A stretch of 42,204 nucleotides of DNA, taken from positions 1 to 42,204 of the forward strand of contig JBDSAB010000269.1 in the NCBI GenBank assembly GCA_039922395.1, in the 5' to 3' direction. Every line of letters starts with the position of its first letter. Position 1 is the stretch's first letter. Both the position numbers and the translations under genes were made by a program. Of the stretch, positions 30,859-38,500 are shown one piece after another. The notes below the pieces were generated by a model that was given only the letters and a program-made list of their open reading frames with translations, did no database searches and was not told the origin of the DNA. This DNA comes from Caldimonas sp. GTDB taxonomy: Bacteria > Pseudomonadota > Gammaproteobacteria > Burkholderiales > Burkholderiaceae_C.

Positions 30859-31611
30859 CTATCTGCCGACGAAGCGGGGCGCCCGCTTCTCCGCCCACGC
30901 AGCCTGGCCCTCCCGCAGATCATCGGATCGATACGCCCGCTCGATGTCGGCCCGCAGCGCCGACGCGTCCAGCGTGCCACGGGCGATCCGGTTCAGATGG
31001 CGCTTCATGCCGATGAGCGGAATCGGCGCCATCGACGCGCAAGCACCCGACAGGCTCCTCACCTCGGCTTCCAGCGCTTCGGGGTCGACCAGATGGGTGA
31101 GATATCCGATCGCCTTCATCGCGGCCGCATCGATCTTCTGCGCCGTGAGGAACAGCCGCTTCGCGTTGTCGAGTCCGAGCCGCGTCACGTAGCGCTCCAG
31201 CCCCGACTGGTAGTAGTGCAGACCGAGGCGCGCGGCCGGCATGAACATGTCGATGCCGTGCGCGCCGACCCGAAAGTCGCAGGCCAACGCGAGGTCGGTC
31301 GCACCGCCATAGACGCCGCCGTGCAGCACCGCGATCGTGACGGGGCGCGCATCTTCGAGCGCATCGACGATCCCGGCGAAGCTGGACTCTCCCCCACCGC
31401 CGATGCTGCCGATGTCGAACCCGCTGCAGAAGTACTTGCCGGTGCCACGCAGCAGCAGCACCAGAACGTCGGCGCGCGCGTTCACGTCGGCGATCAAAGC
31501 GCCGAGTCGATCGAGGTCGTCGGCGCCGAGGCGATTCGCCTGCTCCGGTCGGCGCAGCGTGATGGTCGCGATCGCGCCATCGATCTGGAGGTCGGGAATC
31601 CGGTCGGTCAT
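30859..31611 (-). CDS. Enoyl-CoA hydratase/isomerase (crotonase) family protein
   Basis: 'TITLRRPEQANRL', 'FCSGFDI', 'GGVYGGATDLALACDFR', 'MPAARLG', 'DLREGQAAWAEKRAPRF'. Confidence 0.92.
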   Translation of the reverse strand: MTDRIPDLQIDGAIATITLRRPEQANRLGADDLDRLGALIADVNARADVLVLLLRGTGKYFCSGFDIGSIGGGGESSFAGIVDALEDARPVTIAVLHGGVYGGATDLALACDFRVGAHGIDMFMPAARLGLHYYQSGLERYVTRLGLDNAKRLFLTAQKIDAAAMKAIGYLTHLVDPEALEAEVRSLSGACASMAPIPLIGMKRHLNRIARGTLDASALRADIERAYRSDDLREGQAAWAEKRAPRFVGR

Positions 31612-31778
31612 CAGGCTTGTATGTTGCCGCGAAAGGACTGGGGATTTTCTCCTTCTCGGCGGTGAGATCCCACTCGAAATTCCGCTTCGACCCGATGCCT
31701 TGATGTTGCTGGGCCTGGCCGCGATCGGAACCGCGGACAGGCGCAAGAAGGCGTCGATCAACGGCACGGTGCCGCCGC

Positions 31779-32288
31779 TTAAGACGACGTCTCGCTCGCC
31801 CGTCCGGCCGACGAGCCGGTCACGAAGCGGTCGATCCGGGCCGCATAGCAACCCCGCTGCGCGAAATGCGCGTGCACGTAGGCGGCACGATTGTCGGCCA
31901 GCAGCCGCTCGACGGCCGCCGCCATCTCCGATCCGTCGGCGAGCTCGGCAGCCACGATCATTCCCCGGTCGTCGAAAGCACGCAGCGAGAGCGGCCGGGT
32001 CTGCAACGCCTCCGGCACCTCATCGACCATCACGCGGGCTTGCTGCGCGCCCTCCCGCACGAAGATGGCATGGCTGGACCGGTACGGCGAGTCGGCGGGC
32101 TGGTGCAGGTAGTTCAGCAGCAGGACCGACTCTCCCGGCGCGACGTCGCGCAGCTCGATGCGGTCGGGAAAGCGCGACTGCGCGTCGGCGACGAAGCGAT
32201 GCACGCCCTGACGCGCCAGTTCGGCGTCAGGCAATCCGAACAGGTGGCGAAACGGTTCGGGCGAAAGCCCGGCAACACGAAAGCTCAT
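31779..32288 (-). CDS. DUF1203 family protein
   Basis: 'FPDRIELRD...GE..LLLNY.HQP..SPY..SHAIF', 'LSLRAFD', 'YVHAHFA..GCYAA'; GGAGA RBS. Confidence 0.8.
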   Translation of the reverse strand: MSFRVAGLSPEPFRHLFGLPDAELARQGVHRFVADAQSRFPDRIELRDVAPGESVLLLNYLHQPADSPYRSSHAIFVREGAQQARVMVDEVPEALQTRPLSLRAFDDRGMIVAAELADGSEMAAAVERLLADNRAAYVHAHFAQRGCYAARIDRFVTGSSAGRASETSS

Positions 32289-32554
32289 GACGTTCTCCAG
32301 TGGGGTGAACCCAGCTTAGGAGTCGTCGCGCCCGGTGTCTGGCAGCTTTCGGACATGTCGCCGTCGACGCGCGCTCAGGTTGTGCGGCTGCATCTCCGGC
32401 CACGACTCGCCGACGATGGTGGTGCCGAATGCCGGGATCGCCCGGATTCAAGACAGGGCGAGCAACACCAGGCTTTCCAGACGCCTAGGATGCGAGGGCC
32501 TTGCATGCCATCGCGCACCCATCACTCCCACCTGTCGGTCAGCGGAAGATCCTC

Positions 32555-33001
32555 ATGCGGATGCAGCCACATGTCGTCGCAGCGACGCTGTCGGTGCTGC
32601 TGCACGTGCTGGTCTTGACCGCGCTGTTCCGCGTCGCGTCGGGATTCGTCGACCCGCCGCCATTGGCGGAGGAGGCGGCGACGGTCAAGAAGCTCCACGC
32701 TGCCGGCACTCAGCTCGCCCGCATCGAACTGCAACCCGGCGGATTGCCGAGCGGTTTGGCCTGCCCGGGCAGCAGCTATGTCGGTGTCGGTGTGACGGCC
32801 GACCCGCGCACCGAACGGATCATCCTCGTGGGCGACGACACGCCCGCCTCGCGGGCCGGTCTGCAGCACGATGACATCGTCCTCAATCCCGCCGTCTGGC
32901 GCGGGAAACATCAGGAGGGCGTCGTGCTGTGGGTGCAGGTGTTGCGCGAAGGCGCGACGATGGTGGTCCCGGTGCGGGTCGGCAAGATCTGCATCGGATA
33001 A
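32555..33001 (+). CDS. Small membrane-anchored PDZ-like domain protein
   Basis: TM 'VVAATLSVLLHVLVLTALF'; PDZ-like 'YVGVGV...ILVGDDTPASRAGLQHDDIV...VQVLREG'; start uncertain (32501, 32555 or 32561). Confidence 0.7.
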   Translation: MRMQPHVVAATLSVLLHVLVLTALFRVASGFVDPPPLAEEAATVKKLHAAGTQLARIELQPGGLPSGLACPGSSYVGVGVTADPRTERIILVGDDTPASRAGLQHDDIVLNPAVWRGKHQEGVVLWVQVLREGATMVVPVRVGKICIG

Positions 33002-33010
33002 CGCGCGCCG

Positions 33011-34090
33011 CTACTTCAGCCCGACCCACCACTTCTTGTTGCTGCGCCGGGCGCCCACGGTCAGCACCTCGCCGATTTCCGGTGTCGCCAGCTCGATGCG
33101 CTTCGCTTCTGCCAGCGCGGCCAGCCGGTCCAGCGGGTCGTGCCAGGTGTGGAAGGCCAGATCGAAGGTGCTGTTGTGAACGCCGAACAGCACCTTCGCA
33201 TTCAGGTCCTGGAAGGCCTGCACGGTCTCCTCGGGCGTCATGTGGACGGCGGGCCAGTTGGCGTCGTAGGCCCCGTTTTCCATCAGTGCGAGATCGAATC
33301 CCTTGAAGCGCGCACCGATCTCCTTGAAGCCACCGAAGTAGCCCGAATCGCCGCTGTAGAAGATGCGCTGCTCGCCGCTCTCGATGACCCACGAGGCCCA
33401 CAACGTGCGGTTGCGGTCCGTCAAGGTGCGGCCGGAAAAGTGCTGCGCCGGCGTCGCGGTGAGCCGGACCCCATCGTGCGCGTCGGACTGCCACCAGTCG
33501 AACTCCTGCACGCGGTCCGCCGGCACGCCCATGTCGACCAGGCGCGCCATCACGCCGAGCGGGACGAAGTAGCGCTGCACCCGCCGCGCCAGGTAGTGGA
33601 TCGTCGGGACGTCGAGATGGTCCTAGTGGTCGTGCGACAGGATCAGGCCTTCGATCGGCGGCAGCTGCTCGAGGGTCAGCGGCGGCGCGTGGAAGCGCTT
33701 CGGGCCCGCAAAGCTGACCGGCGAGGCCCGCTCGCCGAACACCGGATCGATGAGCCAGAACTTGCCGCGCAGCTTCAGCAGGTGCGACGAGTGGCCGAGC
33801 CGCACGAGGTGGCTGGCCTGCGGGTCGAGCGCGTCGAGCTGAGCCGTCGTCAACGGCCGCACGGGGATCGGATCGACCGGCACCGTGTCGACCTTCTTGT
33901 CGATCAGAAAGCGCGTCCAGTTGACCCAGGCGCTGGCGCCTGGGGGCGTCAACGGGTTGGGCGGGTTCGCGAACAGGCAGCCCTTGAACTGGGGCGAACT
34001 GGCGTACGGCGAGCTGCAGTCGCCGCTGCTCGCGCAGCCGGCGACCACGAGGCTCAGGGCGACGAAAGCAAACCGCGACAGAGACTGCAT
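33011..34090 (-). pseudogene. MBL-fold metallo-hydrolase (NAPE-PLD/RomA-like lipoprotein) interrupted by a single in-frame TAG at 33623-33625
   Basis: The two ORF-track pieces share one frame and read 'LGHSS..LIDPVFGERASP...ILSHDH*DHLD...PAQHFSGR...LWASW...YSGDSGY...GAY..VHM.PEE..H'; lipobox 'VAGC'. Confidence 0.88.
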
Positions 34091-34211
34091 GGATCGAGTG
34101 TGACCAACCGCATGGCGTGCTCAGCGCAGAACTTCTCGGTGCGCGTCGGCAAGACGCCGCCTGGCAACACCTCTCGGGCGCAGCCCCACGGTCTCCTTTA
34201 CTCGTCCACAA

Positions 34212-34247
34212 ATTAGCCTTGACTAATGTGTTAGTCGTGGCTAATAT
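34212..34247 (+). promoter_or_regulatory. ArsR operator (double palindrome) overlapping a sigma70 promoter
   Basis: ATTAGCCTTGACTAA-tgtg-TTAGTCGTGGCTAAT inverted repeat (13/15); TTGACT (34219-34224), 17 bp spacer, TAATAT (34242-34247). Confidence 0.75.
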
Positions 34248-34254
34248 TTTATCC

Positions 34255-34584
34255 ATGCCGCAAACCGCTCCTCTGGACGTCGTGATGCGATCGCTGGCCG
34301 ACCCGACCCGGCGTGCCGTCTTCGAACGAATCGCCCGTGCCGACGAGACCACCGTCGCCGAGCTCACCGAGGGCAGCGGCGTCACGCAGTCGGCCATCTC
34401 GCAGCACCTGCGCTCGCTGAAGGAAGCCGGCCTCGTCGCCGATCGCGCGCACGGCCGCAACGTGTACTACCGGGTCGAGCAGAAGGGCCTCGCCCCGCTG
34501 GTCGACTGGATGGAGCACTACGGCGTGTTCTGGCGCAAGCGCTTCGCCAACCTTCGAACCCTCCTGAAAGACATCGATCCATGA
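34255..34584 (+). CDS. ArsR/SmtB family regulator
   Basis: 'RSLADPTRRAVF', 'TVAEL', 'VTQSAISQHLRSLKEAGLV', 'GRNVYY'. Confidence 0.93.
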   Translation: MPQTAPLDVVMRSLADPTRRAVFERIARADETTVAELTEGSGVTQSAISQHLRSLKEAGLVADRAHGRNVYYRVEQKGLAPLVDWMEHYGVFWRKRFANLRTLLKDIDP

Positions 34585-35045
34585 ACGACGCCGCCCTGAA
34601 GACCGACACGCAGCAGATCGTGGTCGACGAGGTCTTTCCGCATGCGCCCGAGACGATCTGGAAGACGCTGACCACCGGCGACCTGATCGGCCGCTGGCTG
34701 ATGGCGCCGACCGGCTTCGAGCCGGTCAAGGGCAATCGCTTCACGTTCCAGACGAAGCCGGCAGGCGCGTGGGACGGCGTCATTCGTTGCGAAGTGCTGG
34801 AGGCGGTGCCGAACGAACGCCTCGCCTACGCGTGGCGAAGCGGCGACGCGAGCAACGTCGGCTACGGCTCGCCCCTCGACACGCGCGTCACGTGGACCTT
34901 GGCACGCGTTCAAGCCGGCACCCGTCTGCGCCTGGTGCATTCGGGCTTCGTCACGCCGACCAACGATTCGGCATTCGATTCGATGAGCGGCGCCTGGCCG
35001 AAGGTCGTCGAGAACGTCGGCACCCTGGCCGGTGAAGTGCACTGA
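34581..35045 (+). CDS. SRPBCC (AHSA1/START-like) domain protein
   Basis: 'HAPETIWKTLT..LIGRWLM', 'FEPVKGNRFTF', 'CEVLEAVPNERLAYAW', 'GTRLRLVHSGF'; ATGA overlap with ArsR. Confidence 0.9.
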   Translation: MNDAALKTDTQQIVVDEVFPHAPETIWKTLTTGDLIGRWLMAPTGFEPVKGNRFTFQTKPAGAWDGVIRCEVLEAVPNERLAYAWRSGDASNVGYGSPLDTRVTWTLARVQAGTRLRLVHSGFVTPTNDSAFDSMSGAWPKVVENVGTLAGEVH

Positions 35046-35088
35046 ACCCGTTGCGACGCCCTCACACTTTTCTGCCTGGAGACAACTC

Positions 35089-35502
35089 ATGAGCGAGGAC
35101 TACACCGGCGGTTGCGCCTGCGGCGCGATCCGCTTCGAGATCAGCGGCGAACCGTTGTTCCAGAACCATTGCCAGTGCCGCGACTGCCAGCACAAGAGCG
35201 GCACCGGGCACGGGTCCTACCTGACCTTCCCGCGTCAAGGCGTGCAGCAGACCGGCACGTCGACGCAGTGGGACATCGTCAGCGACGGCGGCAACGTGAA
35301 GACGCGGGCGTTCTGCCCGACCTGCGGGTCGCCGGTCTACATGACATTTGCGGCGATGCCCGATGTCTTCACGGTCCACGCCGGCAGCCTCGACGAGCCG
35401 AGCCGGTACCAGCCGCAAGCGGTGACTTATGCGGTGCGAGGCCTCGCCTGGGATCAGCTCGATCCCGCGCTGATGCGATTCGACAGGATGCCGCCCGGCT
35501 GA
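35089..35502 (+). CDS. GFA/CENP-V family zinc protein
   Basis: 'GGCACGAIRF', 'HCQCRDCQ', 'RAFCPTCGSP', 'GSLD'; GGAGA RBS. Confidence 0.92.
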   Translation: MSEDYTGGCACGAIRFEISGEPLFQNHCQCRDCQHKSGTGHGSYLTFPRQGVQQTGTSTQWDIVSDGGNVKTRAFCPTCGSPVYMTFAAMPDVFTVHAGSLDEPSRYQPQAVTYAVRGLAWDQLDPALMRFDRMPPG

Positions 35503-35747
35503 AGGAGCGAGCCCCCTCGACGAGCCGTCCGGCTCGCCGCTCTGCGGCCGGCTCTCCGGCGGCCAGAAGACGGTGCCGCCCGGCAGCGACGCCGACACGT
35601 TGACCACGACGCTGACCTACTTTCGGGGACGCATGCGCACGTGAAGCAGTCGACATTCCCAAGGGTGCGCGGTGGTGGCGCCGAGGGAGCGCAGACCTCC
35701 GAAAGTTCGCTTCCGTGAACGACGTCGCCCGAGGGTCGCTTGCAGCT

Positions 35748-35774
35748 TCAAGGACTCACTTTGCGAGCCGATAT
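35748..35774 (+). promoter_or_regulatory. sigma28 (FliA) promoter upstream of the TBDR-YfiR-kinase operon
   Basis: TCAAG (35748-35752), 14 bp, GCCGATAT (35767-35774) matches the TCAAG-N14-GCCGATA form of the FliA consensus. Confidence 0.65.
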
Positions 35775-35848
35775 CACGGCGTTCTGAAACGACCGCGAAC
35801 GGCGATGGGCCCGCAGCGTTTGGATCCAACAAACACTCGGGATTCGTC

Positions 35849-37840
35849 ATGATTGCCACTGGGAAGCGCAGGCCACAGCCCCCGGCCTGCATGCGCAGGC
35901 TGCTGCTTTGCGCCGCGCTGGGTGCCGCCTTCTCTGCCCAGGGCGCGCCGGCCGACCTGATGGCGCTGGACCTCGAGCAGTTGCTTCGACTCACCGTGAC
36001 CGGTGCCTCGAAATACGAGCAGAAGCAGAGCGAGGTTCCGGCTTCCGTGACCGTCATCACGCGCCAGGAGATCAAGGCGTTCGGATGGCGCACGCTCGAA
36101 GAAGCGCTTGGCAGCCTGCCCGGCATTCACACGACCTACGACCGCCAGTACGCCTACCTCGGCACGCGTGGCTTCGGCCTGCCGGGCGACTACAGCACGC
36201 GCGTGCTCGTCAACATCGACGGCAACCGCTTCAACGAGCCGACCTACGACGCCGGACCGTTCGGCCGCGCGATGCCGGTCGACCTCGATCTGATCGAACG
36301 AATCGAATTCATTCCGGGACCGGGCGGCGCGGTCTACGGACAGAACGCGATGTTCGGCGTCATCAACATCGTCACGCGCCGCGGCGCGGACATCGATGGA
36401 GCCGAGCTGGCCGCCGGATACCAACGGCCGCAGGCCTTGCGCGAAGGCCGCGCGACTTGGGGCCGCCGGTTCGACACGGGCCTCGACATCCTGGTCTCGG
36501 TCACCGGCATGCGAATGCGCGGCGAGGACCACTTCTACGACTTCGGCGCCACCGGCATCTCCGGCATCGCGGCAGGTCAGGACGGCGGGCGGGACCGCGA
36601 GTTCTTCGCTCGGGTCTCGCACGGCGCTTGGTCATTCCAGCATGTGTTCGGGGACAACCGCAAGGACGATCCGACCGGTGCGTACCTGTCCGATCCATTG
36701 GCGCCGGGCGGCTACCAGGCGGACCGCTACGCGATGACGCAAGTGCGCTTCGACGAAAGCTATTCCGGCGGGAATCTCCAGGTCTCCGCCCGCGCTTTTG
36801 CAGGGGACACGCGTTACCGCAGTCTGTTGACCTACGGCACGCCGCTGCTGTCGTACGCCAACACCGAGTGGCATGGCGGCGAGCTGCGACTCGTCTCGAC
36901 CGCATTGCGGAACCACAAGCTGATGCTGGGCCTCGAGGCGCAGGACAACCGCCGCCTCGACCAGGGTGTACGCGACATCGCCAATCCCGCGAACGACCTG
37001 TTGATCGCGCGCTCGGGCCATCGGATCGGCGTCTATGTCCAGGACGAATGGCATATCGACGAATCGTGGACGGCCACCGCCGGCCTGCGCGTCGACCGCA
37101 ACGACGTCACCGGCACCAAGCTCAGCCCGCGCGCGGCCCTCATCTGGCAAGCCAGCGCTGCGACCACGCTGAAGGCGCTGTACGGCCGGGCCCATCGGGC
37201 ACCGAACGTCTTCGAGCGCGACTACGGTGACAGCGTCAGCCAGGTGCCGAACGCGTCGCTCAAGGGCGAAAGCATCGACACCCTCGAAGCCGTCATCGAC
37301 CACCGGATCGGCCGCGACGTGACCCTGCGCGCGTCGGTGTACCGGTGGACGATGGACGACCTCGTGGCGTTGGGCATCGACCCGATCAGCGGCCTCTCGC
37401 AGTACCAGTCAGGGGGCGCGGTCAGCGCACGCGGCGTCGAGCTGTCGGCCGACAAGACCTGGGTCTCCGGTGCCCGGCTGCGCGGCAGCATCTCGCTGCA
37501 GGATGTCAAGCACTCGAGCGGCGCCGCGCTGCCCAACTCGCCCGACATGCTGGCCAAGATCAACCTGTCCGGCCCGTTGCCGTGGGCGGGCTTGCGTGCC
37601 GGCTACGAATGGCGCTACGACACCAAGCGCCTGAGCCTCGACGGCACCCTGCTCAGCGGCTACGCGATCTCGAACCTGGTGCTCGGCACCCAGGCGCTCG
37701 CCAAGGGTCTGGACGTGTCGCTGACGCTTTCGAACCTGTTCGACAAGCGCTATGCCCACCCCGGCGCGGAAACGAATTGGCAGAACGCGCTGGAGCAGGA
37801 CGGCCGCACGGTCAGCGTGCGGGCAACGTACCACTTCTGA
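35849..37840 (+). CDS. TonB-dependent outer-membrane receptor
   Basis: Signal peptide; 'DLMALDLEQLLRLTVTGASKYEQ..EVPASVTVIT', plug 'IERIEFIPGPGGAVYGQNAMFGVINIVT', 'YVQDEW', 'GLRVD', 'SPRAAL', 'NLFDKRY', terminal Phe; start 35849 or 35891. Confidence 0.93.
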   Translation: MIATGKRRPQPPACMRRLLLCAALGAAFSAQGAPADLMALDLEQLLRLTVTGASKYEQKQSEVPASVTVITRQEIKAFGWRTLEEALGSLPGIHTTYDRQYAYLGTRGFGLPGDYSTRVLVNIDGNRFNEPTYDAGPFGRAMPVDLDLIERIEFIPGPGGAVYGQNAMFGVINIVTRRGADIDGAELAAGYQRPQALREGRATWGRRFDTGLDILVSVTGMRMRGEDHFYDFGATGISGIAAGQDGGRDREFFARVSHGAWSFQHVFGDNRKDDPTGAYLSDPLAPGGYQADRYAMTQVRFDESYSGGNLQVSARAFAGDTRYRSLLTYGTPLLSYANTEWHGGELRLVSTALRNHKLMLGLEAQDNRRLDQGVRDIANPANDLLIARSGHRIGVYVQDEWHIDESWTATAGLRVDRNDVTGTKLSPRAALIWQASAATTLKALYGRAHRAPNVFERDYGDSVSQVPNASLKGESIDTLEAVIDHRIGRDVTLRASVYRWTMDDLVALGIDPISGLSQYQSGGAVSARGVELSADKTWVSGARLRGSISLQDVKHSSGAALPNSPDMLAKINLSGPLPWAGLRAGYEWRYDTKRLSLDGTLLSGYAISNLVLGTQALAKGLDVSLTLSNLFDKRYAHPGAETNWQNALEQDGRTVSVRATYHF

Positions 37841-37845
37841 ACTCG

Positions 37846-38460
37846 ATGATCGCCGTCAACGCTTTCGCCCGAGCGCCCGCCGACCGGGTCTCGGCTCGCC
37901 GCGGGCCGGGCCCGCGCGGCCCGTCGCCGTCCGGCATCGGCGCATCGGATCGCCTGCGGCGCCTTGTTAGCGGCGTCGCGCTGTGCCTGGCCTGGCTATC
38001 GCCTGCCGGGGCCGAGGAGCTGCCCGAGTACCGGCTCAAGGCGGCCTTTCTCTACAACTTCGCGCTCTACACCGAGTGGCCGGCGGATGTCGGCTCGACA
38101 CTGAACCTCTGCATCTATGGCGACGATCCGTTCGGCGCCGAAGTCGATGCGCTGAACGGCAAGCGGGTCGGCAGTCGCATCATCGCCGTGCAGCGGGTGG
38201 GCAAGGAGTCGCTGAACAACTGCCAGATCGTGTTCGTCGCTCAATCGGCGCTCGCCAGCTCGGCGCGCGTGCTCGAACCGCTGCGCAGCGCCGCGATGCT
38301 GACGGTCGCAGACAGCACGGATTCCGCGCGCAGGGGTGTCGCGTTGAACATGGCGATGGGCGACGCCAAGATCTCGTTCGAGGTCAACATGAAGGCGCTC
38401 GGGCCGCGCCTCGCGCTCAGCTCCAAGCTGTTGCGCCTGGCCAGGGACATCCAGCAATGA
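37846..38460 (+). CDS. YfiR/HmsC (DUF4154) family periplasmic protein
   Basis: Signal ending AGA; '[19 protein letters not shown]', 'LCIYGDDPF', 'CQIVF', 'LTV', 'FEVN', 'SSKLLRLA'. Confidence 0.88.
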   Translation: MIAVNAFARAPADRVSARRGPGPRGPSPSGIGASDRLRRLVSGVALCLAWLSPAGAEELPEYRLKAAFLYNFALYTEWPADVGSTLNLCIYGDDPFGAEVDALNGKRVGSRIIAVQRVGKESLNNCQIVFVAQSALASSARVLEPLRSAAMLTVADSTDSARRGVALNMAMGDAKISFEVNMKALGPRLALSSKLLRLARDIQQ

Positions 38461-38500
38461 GCGGCGCTCGATCGCCCAGTCGCAGCGGCCGATCTCCGCG

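Noticed and set aside
33623-33625. Pyrrolysine or genetic-code reassignment as the explanation of the in-frame TAG
   Set aside because: TAG serves as a normal stop for several genes in the window, no pyl genes are present here, and the position is a family Tyr one substitution away.
35503-35848. Cobalamin or other riboswitch in the long leader of the TonB receptor
   Set aside because: No B12-box (GCCACTG/GGGAAG) or other aptamer hallmark seen; an Infernal/Rfam scan would be decisive.
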